A DNA stretch of 32,000 bases from an uncultured Pseudomonadota bacterium (GCA_963760995.1 CAVXFJ010000004.1:967128-999127), one strand, 5' to 3'; shown: positions 1-9,834, numbered from the stretch's first letter. The notes: generated from the sequence alone by a model not told the origin. Program-made: numbers and translations.

Positions 1-892
1 CGGGTTCAAGCGGGAAACAGTTTATAATGCCGGTTCCCACTTCGTCGTCCGGTACGTTGATGAGCTCGATATTCCACGCTTCGAGCTGCTTGAGAGTTTC
101 GTAGGGCATGACCTTGCGATAGGTGACCGCGAGGTTGGCCGCGACCATGGAGAATACGCAATCGAGATGCGTGAGCACGTATTCGGGCAGGAAGACCGGC
201 ACCACGTGGCGCACGCCGTTCATCTTCAGGATGGTCTCGACCTGCCGGAAGCCTTCCATATTGCCGCGATGGCCGACATTGAGAAGAATGTGGTAGGGAT
301 CTAGCCAGTCCATGCGGCCTTCGAAAATTCCCGAGCCGTGCACGGTGTAGATGATCGGAAGGCCGATCTCGGCGACCTTCTTGGTCCAGATCGCCTCTTG
401 GCCGCGCTTCCAGGCGAGCGCGCTACGGCCGATGATACAGCCATTGCCGATCATCAGCGGCGGCGGATAACCGGCCCCGCGGTAAGGCAGGTAGGCACCA
501 TCCATCTTGTCCGGGAAATCGGCAAAGATGATCTCGACGCCGTTGCGCTTCAGCGTATCCGTATAGGCTTCGTGCTGCTCGGCCATCAGCTTGAGATTGG
601 GCAGGTCGTCGTCTGACTCTGCGTCGCCGAAGCCCGGGATTCCATATTTGCCGCAGTAAAGGAAGTACTTCGGGTCTTGCTTGGTGACCTGGTTAATCTC
701 GGCGCGGCCGGGCCGCGAACAGAGCACGGTATGAATCTTGCCGATCTTGGATCGGGCGCCCCAGCGCCGACCCCACACCTTCTCGATCTCGTCGTCGAAG
801 GTGATGCTGTCTAGCCGCTCCGGGTAGGCATTCGGCCGATAGAGCGGGGCCTTTTCGAGTTGCAGCGCGTTCCAGTCAAGGTTGTAATTCAT
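1..892 (-). CDS. Amidinotransferase / arginine-deiminase-fold (guanidino-group-modifying superfamily) protein; C-terminus cut by the left window edge
   Basis: Absent from the ORF track because it runs off the edge. Hand translation of the reverse strand starts at the ATG complementary to 890-892, preceded by GGAGA. It gives MNYNLDWNALQLEKAPLYRPNAYPERLDSITFDDEIEKVWGRRWG...LLNVGHRGNMEGFRQVETILKMNGVRHVVPVFLPEYVLTHLDCVFSMV... with no stop for about 297 codons. The THLDCVF-type segment resembles amidinotransferase-family proteins. Confidence 0.6.
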   Translation of the reverse strand, partial: MNYNLDWNALQLEKAPLYRPNAYPERLDSITFDDEIEKVWGRRWGARSKIGKIHTVLCSRPGRAEINQVTKQDPKYFLYCGKYGIPGFGDAESDDDLPNLKLMAEQHEAYTDTLKRNGVEIIFADFPDKMDGAYLPYRGAGYPPPLMIGNGCIIGRSALAWKRGQEAIWTKKVAEIGLPIIYTVHGSGIFEGRMDWLDPYHILLNVGHRGNMEGFRQVETILKMNGVRHVVPVFLPEYVLTHLDCVFSMVAANLAVTYRKVMPYETLKQLEAWNIELINVPDDEVGTGIINCFPLEP

Positions 893-1259
893 GGTTGTCT
901 CCGTACTGGTCAGGCTAGATAGCGCGAAGACACCCAGCAACTAACAAGCGTCAGCCTTGATGAGAGGCGGGATTCACGACCGTCAGCCTGCGGGGCGCCG
1001 CGGCAGGCCGGCGCCTCGGCGACGGGCTTGTCGCGTCAGCGCATCGACATGCGCGACTGTTCCGCGTAACACTGGCAAGAAGAAGCGGAATCGTTGTCGC
1101 CTCCCCCGCCAAAGCGCGCCGGCATCGCTCTTGCTGTTCATTAACTGTGCTTAAGCGATTTGAGCATCGGCCACGCATGCGCGGACGCTATGATTGGCAG
1201 TCCATGTTACGTCGCGTCGAAGCGCATACTAATATGTTCGCAACGGCTGTGAAATCGTC

Positions 1260-2549
1260 ATGACCAATGAAGAACTGTACGAGCGCCGGAACCGCGCCAT
1301 TCCCCGCGGTGTGGCATCGGCGTTTCCCATCTTTGCCAGCCGCGCGACCGATTGCGAAATATGGGATGTGGAAGGCCGCCGCTACATCGATTTCGCCGGA
1401 GGAATCGCGGTGCTCAACGTTGGCCACCGCCACCCCGCTGTGATCGAGGCGGTGCGGCGGCAGCTCGATGCCTTCACCCACACTGCGTTCCAAGTGATGC
1501 CCTATGAGTGCTATGTGGCACTGGCCGAGGCGCTGAACGCGCTGGCGCCCTTTCGCGGGCCGGCCAAAACCATTCTGCTCACGACCGGCGCCGAGGCGGT
1601 GGAGAATTGCATCAAGATCGCGCGGGTCGCGACCGGACGCCGCGCCGTTGTCGCCTTCACCGGCGGCTTTCATGGCCGCACCATGGCGGCGCTTGCGCTC
1701 ACCGGAAAAATCGCACCCTACAAGACCGGCTTCGCGCCGCTGCCAGGGGAAATCTACCACGTCCCCTTTCCGAGCGAGGCGAACGAAATATCGGTCGTCG
1801 ATTCCCTGCGTGCGCTGGAATTTCTCTTTCAAGCCGACGTGGCTCCGACCGATGTCGCCGCTATCCTGATCGAGCCCGTCCAGGGCGAAGGCGGGTTCAA
1901 TCCGGCGCCGCCGGCGCTGCTGGTGGCGCTGCGCGAGCTTTGCGACCGGCACGGAATCCTGCTGGTCGCCGACGAAGTGCAGTCCGGATTCGCGCGCACC
2001 GGCCGCATGTTTGCGATCGAGCATGCCAAGGTTGAGCCCGACCTGGTGGCGATCGCCAAGTCGCTGGCCGGCGGCCTGCCCCTGTCGGGGGTGATCGGGC
2101 GCGCCAATGTCATGGACGCGGTCGGACCCGGCGGCCTGGGCGGCACCTATGGCGGCAATCCGCTGGCCTGCGCGGCCGCGCTGGCGGTGCTCGACGTCAT
2201 CAAGAAGCAGCGGCTTTGCCAGCGGTCCACCATCATCGGACGCCGGATCAAGAAGCGGCTGGACGGCGTCAGCGGGCGCAACGATATCGTGCCGCTGACC
2301 GGTCTGCGCGGAATCGGTGCCATGATCGGCATCGATGTGGTGACAGTCGACGGCAAGCCGGATGCCGCAACAACCAAGCGTATCCTCGCGGACGCAGCCA
2401 GCCAGGGCCTGATCGTGCTGTCTTGCGGCGCCTTTTCCAACACCATTCGCATCCTGGTACCGCTGACTATCTCCGACGCCATGCTCGACGAAGGACTGGA
2501 TATTCTTGAACGGACGCTTGTTTCGGTCCGCGCCGAAACGGCACAGTAG
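1260..2549 (+). CDS. gabT: 4-aminobutyrate aminotransferase-like class III PLP aminotransferase
   Basis: The 429 aa ORF is collinear with my recollection of E. coli GabT. Shared segments include RRNRAIPRGV, WDVEGRRYIDFAGGIAVLNVGHRHP, IEPVQGEGGF, ADEVQSGFARTG, the AKSLAGG PLP-lysine region, GGLGGTYGGNP and LSCG...IRILVPLTI. Confidence 0.9.
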   Translation: MTNEELYERRNRAIPRGVASAFPIFASRATDCEIWDVEGRRYIDFAGGIAVLNVGHRHPAVIEAVRRQLDAFTHTAFQVMPYECYVALAEALNALAPFRGPAKTILLTTGAEAVENCIKIARVATGRRAVVAFTGGFHGRTMAALALTGKIAPYKTGFAPLPGEIYHVPFPSEANEISVVDSLRALEFLFQADVAPTDVAAILIEPVQGEGGFNPAPPALLVALRELCDRHGILLVADEVQSGFARTGRMFAIEHAKVEPDLVAIAKSLAGGLPLSGVIGRANVMDAVGPGGLGGTYGGNPLACAAALAVLDVIKKQRLCQRSTIIGRRIKKRLDGVSGRNDIVPLTGLRGIGAMIGIDVVTVDGKPDAATTKRILADAASQGLIVLSCGAFSNTIRILVPLTISDAMLDEGLDILERTLVSVRAETAQ

Positions 2550-2620
2550 CGCCCGTGCCGCGACAAGGAATTATTCGCGGCGACCTAGATAAATCAAACG
2601 GTAATCAAAGAGAGCCGATC

Positions 2621-2920
2621 ATGACCCCCGCGAAACCGGAAAAGCAGGCGCAGCCCATGCTCCAGGCCGACAACGACCGCGTACGCGTCACCGAATGGCA
2701 ATTCGCGCCGGGTGCCGCGACCGGCTTTCATCGGCATCAATACGATTATGTGGTGGTGCCGCTCACCACCGGTGCACTGCGGTTAGTCGCGGGCGACGGC
2801 AGCGTTTCGACAGCGCAGCTCACCGCCGGCGTATCCTATTTCCGCCAGGCCGGAGTCGAGCACGAGGTCATCAATGCCAATGATTACAACTTCAAGTTCA
2901 TCGAGATCGAGATCAAGTAG
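2621..2920 (+). CDS. Small cupin-domain protein
   Basis: In-frame ATG at 2621 with an AAAGAGAG purine tract upstream; the track start at 2555 is a GTG. The sequence GFHRHQYDYVVVPLTTG...AGVEHEVIN fits the two-histidine cupin motif pattern. Confidence 0.7.
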   Translation: MTPAKPEKQAQPMLQADNDRVRVTEWQFAPGAATGFHRHQYDYVVVPLTTGALRLVAGDGSVSTAQLTAGVSYFRQAGVEHEVINANDYNFKFIEIEIK

Positions 2921-3509
2921 TCGCTTACGTACTTTGGCTTCACTATGAAGCAGCCCGCGCGCACTTGCTCCATTCAGAACAACGTACCTGTTCATTTCCC
3001 GGAAGCGATGATCCAGTGCTTTTGGCTCCCGCACTCCGCTTTCGCTGGGATTAGCGGACGCGGGTACTGTTCTGTCACGGTGAATCGAAGTCTCAGCGGC
3101 TTTCCGAAGGGGTAGCACAGCCTTTGCTGAAACTTCATTTTAGCGCCGCAGACCACCCCGCGCCGTCCGTCTGGATCCGCTCCTGGCTACCACACCGGCG
3201 CGGCCCTGGCTGCGTTCGGCGACTTCCTTTGCGGCCGCAATAGCCAGCATGCCCTGCTTGGGCGCGAAGACCCGCTTGAGCTCCGCCAACCCTCCGTTCT
3301 TATCAGCGGAGCAGTGAATGCAGGACCTGGGAGAATGAACACAAGCATTGCGCGCCGCTGCACCCTTTCATGAACGGGATTATCCCTTAGCTCGCGGGTA
3401 ATTGGCTTTGACTGCACACTGAAGCCAACGCGTAAGCACATTGCGGCATTTGGTGGCCGGCGTCGCCGCCGCAAGGACGCGAAGCCGTCGCTAAGTACGT
3501 TCTGACGGA

Positions 3510-4370
3510 ATGAGGCTTGACCGCACCGCGCCGTGCGACGTACCATTCGTAATAAGAAACGATGTTCTCACTGAAAGAACACTTGCTTTGTCCAAATACA
3601 AACGGCGAAAAGGGCTGAGCGTGCTGGAGACAGCGCTGAACATTGTTGAAGAGGTCGCCTACGCGAACGCAGAAGTCGGCGTGAGCGACATCGCCAAGGC
3701 CGTCGGCGTGGCGAAAGGTGCCGTCTACCGTCATCTTCAGACTTTGGTTCGTCGCGGTTATCTCGCGCAGAATGCGGATACCGCGCGCTATCGAATTGGG
3801 CTCAAGTTCTCTGTGCTGGGGCAGCGGGGCCCCTCAGGGCCCAACATTCTGAGCGCTTCCAAAGATCCAATGAGAAAACTGCGCGACGCCTTCGGAGAGG
3901 CGGTCGCCTTGTCGATCCCAGAAGAAGACGGCGCGCGCGTGATTGCGGCTGCGCGCGGAAGCAAAGACATCGAACTGGGCGTTCGCCTGAACAGGCTTCT
4001 TCCCTTTGACGGGTCCGCGCAGGGCCGGGTCATTCTTGCCTTCGGCGGGGCGCCGTCGTTCATGGACAAGAAGCGCCGCCTGCCCGCGAAGCTGGCAAAA
4101 CAATTGTCACAGGGACGTCGGCAGGGCTGGATCGACGCGCCGGATGAAGTTCTTCCCGGCATGAATGCGTTGGCCGTCCCGGTTTTCGATGCGAATGACG
4201 TCTGCGTTGGCGCGCTGGCGATCGTCGGACTTTTCGATACCGCCGATGTCAAGCAAAAGGGCTTGATCGAGCAACTGATTGCCTCCGCGCGCGAGATCTC
4301 GGTCAATCTTGGCTCTCGACACGGTGGCCGCCCGAACGGCAGCTCCCCGCGCGCTAAGAGCGGGGACTAA
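3510..4370 (+). CDS. IclR-family transcriptional regulator
   Basis: N-terminal wHTH LSVLETALNIVEEVAY...VGVSDIAKAVGVAKGAVYRHLQTLVRRGYL, followed by an effector-domain-sized C-terminus. The true start may lie downstream of 3510, at an in-frame TTG or GTG near 3590-3620. Confidence 0.8.
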   Translation: MRLDRTAPCDVPFVIRNDVLTERTLALSKYKRRKGLSVLETALNIVEEVAYANAEVGVSDIAKAVGVAKGAVYRHLQTLVRRGYLAQNADTARYRIGLKFSVLGQRGPSGPNILSASKDPMRKLRDAFGEAVALSIPEEDGARVIAAARGSKDIELGVRLNRLLPFDGSAQGRVILAFGGAPSFMDKKRRLPAKLAKQLSQGRRQGWIDAPDEVLPGMNALAVPVFDANDVCVGALAIVGLFDTADVKQKGLIEQLIASAREISVNLGSRHGGRPNGSSPRAKSGD

Positions 4371-4372
4371 CG

Positions 4373-5161
4373 ATGCCACCGATTTTTTCCTCGCCGGTCG
4401 TCAAGTCAACCATTGCCTTGGCGGTGATGTTGGTCGTTTGGCAGCTTGCATGCGTGCTGTTCAAGGTGCCGAGTTTCCTGCTGCCGACGCCGACGGAGAT
4501 TATGGCTCGGCTGATCGAAAAGCATGACCTCTATGTCAGCCACACGCTGGTGACTTTCTACGAGACGATTGGCGGCTTCATTCTTGCTGTTCTTGCCGGC
4601 GCGCTTGCGGCGACCTTGATTGTCGTCATCCCGTCCGTGCGCGATTTCGTCATGCCGCTGCTGCTCGTTGCGCAGATCGTGCCGAAGGTCGCGGTGGCGC
4701 CCATCATCCTGATCTGGTTCGGTTACGGCGTCGGCTCGAAATTGCTGATCGCGCTCCTGGTCGCCTTCTTTCCGATCGTCGTGAATATGGAGCAAGGCCT
4801 CATGTCGGTTGAACGTGACCTGCTCGAGCTCGGGCATTCGCTTCGCGCGTCGCCCTGGCAGATTTTCTGGAAGTTCAGGCTGCCGACCGCAATCCCTGGT
4901 CTTTTCAGCGGCATGAAAATCGCGATCACTCTGGCGGTCATCGGCGCCGTCATTGGTGAATTCGTCGGCGGAAACCGCGGCCTTGGCTATCTCATCATTG
5001 TCGCCAATCAGGAGCTCGACACGCCGCTGGCCTTCGCCTCGGTGCTCATTCTGTCGGTCGGCGGCTGTCTGTTCTATGGGCTGGTCGCGCTTGCCGAGCG
5101 TGTCATTGCGCCATGGGCGGGCGCCGACAACGCCACCGCGGAGCTTGCGAGGATGCGATGA
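4373..5161 (+). CDS. ABC transporter permease (NitT/TauT, SsuC/TauC-like family)
   Basis: 262 aa with multiple hydrophobic helices. It sits directly upstream of the ATPase and its stop overlaps the ATPase start (ATGA at 5158-5161). Confidence 0.85.
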   Translation: MPPIFSSPVVKSTIALAVMLVVWQLACVLFKVPSFLLPTPTEIMARLIEKHDLYVSHTLVTFYETIGGFILAVLAGALAATLIVVIPSVRDFVMPLLLVAQIVPKVAVAPIILIWFGYGVGSKLLIALLVAFFPIVVNMEQGLMSVERDLLELGHSLRASPWQIFWKFRLPTAIPGLFSGMKIAITLAVIGAVIGEFVGGNRGLGYLIIVANQELDTPLAFASVLILSVGGCLFYGLVALAERVIAPWAGADNATAELARMR

Positions 5162-5931
5162 CTTCCGGTCCGCACGACATCGAAGTCGTCGACGTTGCGA
5201 AGGATTACGCCGCGCGCGGCGGCGTGATCCACGCGATAGACGGCCTACGCTTTTCGGTGTCGGCGTACGAATTTGTCTCGATCCTAGGCCCCAGCGGCTG
5301 CGGCAAAACCACGATTCTGAAGATCATTGCCGGACTCAGCAGCGCCACGTCCGGCGAGGTGCGGGTCGCAAATCAGGTCGTCACGGGCCCCCGGCGTGAC
5401 ATCGGCATTGTGTTTCAGACGCCCGCGCTGATGCGGTGGCGCACCGTTCTCCAGAACGTTTTGTTGCCACAGGAAATTCTCGGGCTCGATCGGAAGTCTC
5501 TCGAAGTCCGCGCGCGTGAGCTGTTGGAGCTTGTCGACCTCGCCAAATTCGCGGATCGGCGGCCAGCGGAACTGTCGGGCGGCATGCAGCAGCGCGTCGG
5601 TATCGCGCGCGCGCTCGTGCACGACCCGCGGATCCTTCTGCTGGACGAGCCGTTCAGCGCGCTCGATGCAATGACCCGGAACCAGCTCAATATCGAACTG
5701 CTGCGGATTTGGAGTCAGCGCAAGAAGACCAGCCTCTTGGTCACCCACAGCATTCCCGAAGCCGTGTTTCTGTCCGACCGCGTGGTGGTCCTCACGCAGC
5801 GGCCTTCGCGCGTGGCAGAGATCGTGGACATCCCACTGCCTCGGCCCCGTACCCCGCAAATGCGTACGTCCGTTCCCTTCATCAAGATGGTCGATCATCT
5901 CGGTGGGTTGATCGGACTTGAGTTCATCTAA
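5158..5931 (+). CDS. ABC transporter ATP-binding protein
   Basis: Walker A GPSGCGKTT, signature LSGGMQQRVGIARAL and Walker B LLLDEPFSALD. The ATG at 5158 overlaps the permease stop and is preferred over the track start at 5113. Confidence 0.9.
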   Translation: MTSGPHDIEVVDVAKDYAARGGVIHAIDGLRFSVSAYEFVSILGPSGCGKTTILKIIAGLSSATSGEVRVANQVVTGPRRDIGIVFQTPALMRWRTVLQNVLLPQEILGLDRKSLEVRARELLELVDLAKFADRRPAELSGGMQQRVGIARALVHDPRILLLDEPFSALDAMTRNQLNIELLRIWSQRKKTSLLVTHSIPEAVFLSDRVVVLTQRPSRVAEIVDIPLPRPRTPQMRTSVPFIKMVDHLGGLIGLEFI

Positions 5932-5966
5932 GTGAAATCGAGTTAGCAAAGAAATGAGGAGGGAAT

Positions 5967-6953
5967 ATGCGTAAAATCGTAGTCGCTCTCGCGTTACTTT
6001 CCATGCAGGCCACTCCGTCGTTTGCCGCGGACAAGGTCACGTTCGCGCTGAACTGGATACCCTACGGTCTGCACTACGGCATCTATGCCGCTCAGGCGCT
6101 GGGCTATTACAAGCAGGCGGGCCTCGATGTCACCATCCAGCGCGGTTACGGTTCGGGCGATACCGTAAAGCGCGTCGCGGTCGGCTCGGCAGATATCGGC
6201 ATGGCGGACATGGCCTCCGTGGCCGTCGGTCGCACCAAGGGCTTTGCGGTCAAGGGCCTCGCGGTTGTGCTCGACCGCTCGGTTGACACCATCTTCTACA
6301 TCAAGGGTTCAGGGATCACGGGGCCGAAGACCTTGCCCGGTCACAAGCTCGGCGCCACCGTCGGCGAAACCGCCCTCAACCTGCTGCCCGTTCTTGCCGC
6401 CAACGCCGGCTTTGACGCGAAAAAGATCAACGTCATCAATCTCGCTGCGCCGGCAAAATATCCCTCGCTGGTGACGAAAAAGGTCGATGCAATCGTCGGA
6501 TTCACGACCGAAACGCCGGGCATCATGGCGGCCGCCAAGAAGGCGGGCGTCGAGGTGGGACGCATCCTCTACAGCAACTACGGCGTCGATTATTACTCGA
6601 TCACGCTGATCTCCAGTGACAGCACGATCGCCAAGAAGCCGGACGTGATCAAGAAGGTCGTCAATGCGACCATGCGCGGCTATGCCTGGGCGATCAACAA
6701 TTCGGACAAGGCGGCCGATATCTTCAGCAAGGACTTTCCGGAAAGCAGCCGTGAGCTGACATTGGCGCAATGGAAGATCGCCATGTCCAACATGGTGACC
6801 GACCGCACCAAAGCGAACGGCCTCGGTTACATCGATCCGGCCAAAATGAAGCAGACTCTTACGCTGCTACAGAAATATCAGGGCATCGAGAGCAGCGTGA
6901 AGCCCGGTGACATCTACAACAGCTCGCTTCTTGAGAAGGTCGAATTGAAATGA
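5967..6953 (+). CDS. Periplasmic substrate-binding protein of the NitT/TauT (NMT1/SsuA-like) ABC system
   Basis: Signal peptide MRKIVVALALLSMQATPSFAA, a GAGGAGGG SD upstream, and the typical N-terminus KVTFALNWIPYGLHYG. Confidence 0.85.
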   Translation: MRKIVVALALLSMQATPSFAADKVTFALNWIPYGLHYGIYAAQALGYYKQAGLDVTIQRGYGSGDTVKRVAVGSADIGMADMASVAVGRTKGFAVKGLAVVLDRSVDTIFYIKGSGITGPKTLPGHKLGATVGETALNLLPVLAANAGFDAKKINVINLAAPAKYPSLVTKKVDAIVGFTTETPGIMAAAKKAGVEVGRILYSNYGVDYYSITLISSDSTIAKKPDVIKKVVNATMRGYAWAINNSDKAADIFSKDFPESSRELTLAQWKIAMSNMVTDRTKANGLGYIDPAKMKQTLTLLQKYQGIESSVKPGDIYNSSLLEKVELK

Positions 6954-7882
6954 TGGAAGCCATGCACGATTCGCTCGGGAAGCCGGAATTGAAAGACCGT
7001 CCGGACCTCGAACTCTTGAATGGCGCGGTCGACATTCACATCCACCATGCCCCTGATCTCTACAACCGGATTCAGGACCCGGTGGAGACGGCGAGGGACG
7101 CCCGCGCGGTCGGGATGAAGGCGATTTGCATCAAGCGCCATAATTTTCCGACGCCGGCCCTCGCCGTAATGGCCATGAAACAAGTGCCGGAGGTGGATAT
7201 CTTCGGCAGCATCGCCTGCAATTGGCAGGTCGGCGGCGTCAATCCGATCGCCGTCGAATCCGCCATTAAGTTGGGCGCGCGTCAGGTTTGGCTGCCAACC
7301 GTTCACTCCGCCAACCACCCAAGCCTGACGGGCGTTGTCGGGCAGCACGGAAAAGGGCTTACTGTCAAAGGCGGCTTGTCCGAATACACGCGGAACAAGC
7401 GCGCCATCGAGCTTCTCGACAACGAAGGAAAGACGAGCCCCGAGTTGCATGAGATCATGCGGCTCGCGGCCGAGGCCGACATTATCTTCAATCTCGGCCA
7501 CATCTCCTTTCGGGAAATGATGGCGGTCGCAAAGGAGGCGGCGGGTCACAAGGTCCGCCGCATCGTCTGCGACCATCCCTTCTTCCTGAAATTGACCATG
7601 GAACAGACGTTGGCGCTCGCCGACCTCGGCGTCTTCATTAATTACACCGCGGGCGAGATTCTGCCCCGGTGGTGGCGGGCGTCGGTCGAGGACTTTGCCA
7701 ACTCGATCCGGCAGGTCGGTGTATCGCGCAGCGTTGTGTCCAGCGATGTCGGGCAGCTCCACAATCCGCCGATGGTGGAGGCGCTGCGGCTAACCGGCCA
7801 ATTGCTGCTGGAAGAGGGCTTCAGCCGGGCGGAGCTACGGACCCTCTTCTGTGAGAACCCGTCAGCGCTGCTCTATCCCTGA
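6950..7882 (+). CDS. Metal-dependent hydrolase, amidohydrolase-superfamily-like (HxH motif)
   Basis: VDIHIHHAPD near the N-terminus is the classic amidohydrolase HxH metal motif. The start overlaps the SBP stop (ATGA at 6950-6953), so it is co-transcribed with the transporter. Confidence 0.6.
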   Translation: MMEAMHDSLGKPELKDRPDLELLNGAVDIHIHHAPDLYNRIQDPVETARDARAVGMKAICIKRHNFPTPALAVMAMKQVPEVDIFGSIACNWQVGGVNPIAVESAIKLGARQVWLPTVHSANHPSLTGVVGQHGKGLTVKGGLSEYTRNKRAIELLDNEGKTSPELHEIMRLAAEADIIFNLGHISFREMMAVAKEAAGHKVRRIVCDHPFFLKLTMEQTLALADLGVFINYTAGEILPRWWRASVEDFANSIRQVGVSRSVVSSDVGQLHNPPMVEALRLTGQLLLEEGFSRAELRTLFCENPSALLYP

Positions 7883-7914
7883 TTGCATCAGTCATCCGTA
7901 GGTTCAACCCAATC

Positions 7915-8313
7915 ATGAAAAAGCAGATTCTCGAAGTCCCGACGCTCGCGCCGGCGCTGGGCCCGTTCACGCGGGCGATCAGTGCAGGCGATTTCCTCTA
8001 CATATCTGGCACCAGCGCCTTGTCGCATTTGCCCGGCTCGCTCATGAGCCGGGCGATACCCAGCGGCATCGAAGCGCAGACGCGCCAGACGCTCGATAAC
8101 ATCCGTGCTGTTCTGGAAGCCGCCGGACTTTCATTCAAGGACATCATCAAGGTGACGGTGATGCTTAAGAACACCGCCGACTACGAGCAGATGAATGCCG
8201 TGCGCGCCGAATATTTCAAGGACGCGGCCACCACGAGCTCGACATTCATCACGGACCTGGTCCGCGACGACATGCTCGTCGAGATCGAATCGGTCGCGTT
8301 GTATCAACGCTAG
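7915..8313 (+). CDS. ridA: RidA/YjgF/UK114-family reactive-intermediate deaminase
   Basis: 132 aa, with PALGPFTRAISAGDFLYISGT...ITVMLKN...EIESVA typical of the family. Confidence 0.8.
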   Translation: MKKQILEVPTLAPALGPFTRAISAGDFLYISGTSALSHLPGSLMSRAIPSGIEAQTRQTLDNIRAVLEAAGLSFKDIIKVTVMLKNTADYEQMNAVRAEYFKDAATTSSTFITDLVRDDMLVEIESVALYQR

Positions 8314-8334
8314 GCTTTGACCGGCAGGCGATCC

Positions 8335-8976
8335 ATGTTGCGATTGTACTACAGCCCTGGTGCGTGTTCACTGGCGCCCCATATCGCGCTTGAAGAAACG
8401 GGCTCGACGTATGACCCGATAGAGACGTCTATCGCCAAAAGGCAGAACAAGAGCGCCGGCTATCTGAAAATAAATCCGCGCGGAACCGTCCCGGCTCTGC
8501 AGGTCGATGGTGCATTGCTCACGGAAAACACCGCCATCCTGACCTATATCGGGCGACGCTTCCCCGACGCCAAGTTGCTGCCGGACGATCTGTTCGAGCA
8601 AGCGCGTTGCATTTCGCAAATGGCGTGGTTCGCCAACACACCGCATATCGCGCGCCGCCGTTTCATGCGACCACAAGCGTTCTGCTCGTCCGCGCATGAG
8701 GAAGAGGGCGTGCGAGCCAACGGCCATAGGCAGTTCTGGGAGGCCTTGCAGGAGGTCGATTCGCTGCTGACCGACCGAGAATGGATTGTGGGCGGCCAGC
8801 TCACGGTCGCCGACTTGCACGCGTTGGTTTTCTATCGTTGGGGCCTGCGCGATGGGCATCCCATGGACAAGCTCGCGTCTTACAAGAGGCTGGTAGGTCA
8901 ATTGCTGAAGCGGAGCGCAGTCCGCAACGTTCTTGGTCGTGAACAGGACACCGTTCTGCTGCCCGAGGCCTGCTGA
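8335..8976 (+). CDS. Glutathione S-transferase
   Basis: MLRLYYSPGACSLAPHIALEE...INPRGTVPALQVDG..LTENTAILTYI is a GST N-terminal thioredoxin-like fold. The ATG at 8335 is preferred over the TTG at 8317. Confidence 0.85.
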   Translation: MLRLYYSPGACSLAPHIALEETGSTYDPIETSIAKRQNKSAGYLKINPRGTVPALQVDGALLTENTAILTYIGRRFPDAKLLPDDLFEQARCISQMAWFANTPHIARRRFMRPQAFCSSAHEEEGVRANGHRQFWEALQEVDSLLTDREWIVGGQLTVADLHALVFYRWGLRDGHPMDKLASYKRLVGQLLKRSAVRNVLGREQDTVLLPEAC

Positions 8977-9110
8977 GCGCGCGGCGTTATTTACGGCTGG
9001 CCGACCGCGATCACCGCCGACACCAGTACGGCGGTGACGGCTTAGCCGAGGTCGCCCGTTCTCCCTGGTTCGTCGCCGTTACCGCAACCTTCTTGCTCAG
9101 CGCGACAAAG

Positions 9111-9643
9111 TCACGGGGAAGAAACGCCGACATCGCTACTGGCACCAAAACGGCGTGCGATCGCGGCGCTGCCCAGGAACGGCTCGTGGACAGCCTCTCC
9201 AGAGCAGCTGTTGTTCAACATCGGCCGGCGCATGCATTCGACGGGTTTCTGGGTCCCGTGCACCGTATCGACGTCCTGGCCACCACTGGAGATTTCCCAG
9301 AGGGTGGTCTGTTGCGATCCCCAGTCCAGTTGCCTTTATTGCGGACGGCATACCAACAGGGCTCATGGCGCGAGTGATAATCCCCGCGGCCGATCACCAG
9401 GCGTTCCTTCGCCCAAATAATTTGGGCTCGAATGATACCCGCCTCAGCCAGAAGCACGACCCTGCGCCGTTTCAGCAGATCATCCCAACTCAGCGTACTG
9501 GCGGTCCGACTAAAGCGCGCCACCAGATCAGGATCGGATCGACCATCCTCGGTGCACTCGACAAATCGCCTATTCAACTCAATCGCCACCACAAAACTCA
9601 TGCTCGCCGAATCCGAATGTATGCACCGCCCAGTCTCGGACAC
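9111..9643 (-). pseudogene. Frameshifted, truncated phage/plasmid-type DNA (N6/N4) methyltransferase remnant
   Basis: The ORF at 9215-9643 carries ...IIWAKERLVIGRGDYHSRHEPCWYAVRNKGNWTGDRN. A different reverse frame from about 9300 continues WEISSGGQDVDTVHGTQKPVECMRRPMLNNSCSGEAVHEPFLGS... to a stop at 9111-9113. HGTQKPVE plus FLGSG-like is the usual methylase order. The N-terminal DPPY region is missing. Confidence 0.6.
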
Positions 9644-9819
9644 TTACGATAACCGCACTAAATCCGCTCAGTGCGGAGGTTCGGAGACAAACGGCCCAAG
9701 AGTGAGAATTTCGGGCCTCAGCCGGTCCGCCGCGGTGCGGAGGTTTGCGCGCGAAGCCCGTGGTTATTGGCGATTTCAGCGCGCCAAAACCCCACGGAGA
9801 ACGTTGGTCGCATAAGGAC

Positions 9820-9834
9820 TGGCGGAGGGAGAGG
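9820..9834. repeat. Direct repeat copy A, TGGCGGAGGGAGAGG (att-like)
   Basis: Exact 14-mer shared with 12998-13011 and 26296-26309. The 15th base G is shared with copy C. Confidence 0.8.

Noticed and set aside
1188-2024. Long antisense or overlapping ORFs inside well-supported genes. Examples: 1188-2024 (-), 4406-4837 (-), 5284-5949 (-), 6914-7762 (-), 8368-8901 (-), 10267-11562 (+), 13377-14060 (-), 17295-18056 (-), 29434-30126 (-).
   Set aside because: These are typical high-GC shadow ORFs. In each case the opposite strand or another frame encodes a protein with clear family motifs.
2921-3509. ORFs 2783-3118 (-), 3187-3546 (-), 3387-3734 (-), and a protein-like reverse reading ...GGLAELKRVFAPKQGMLAIAAAKEVAERSQGRAG...
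   Set aside because: No plausible start codon, because a stop lies just upstream and the only Met is late. No recognisable family. This is probably non-coding DNA or a gene remnant.
9093-9652. + strand ORFs 9093-9377, 9155-9652 and 9211-9420
   Set aside because: They lie opposite the methyltransferase remnant, whose reverse-strand frames carry the recognisable motifs.
9669-9745. The 11-mer GTGCGGAGGTT repeated 64 nt apart (9671 and 9735)
   Set aside because: It is a short two-copy repeat in decayed DNA between the methylase remnant and repeat A. I could infer no structural or coding consequence.
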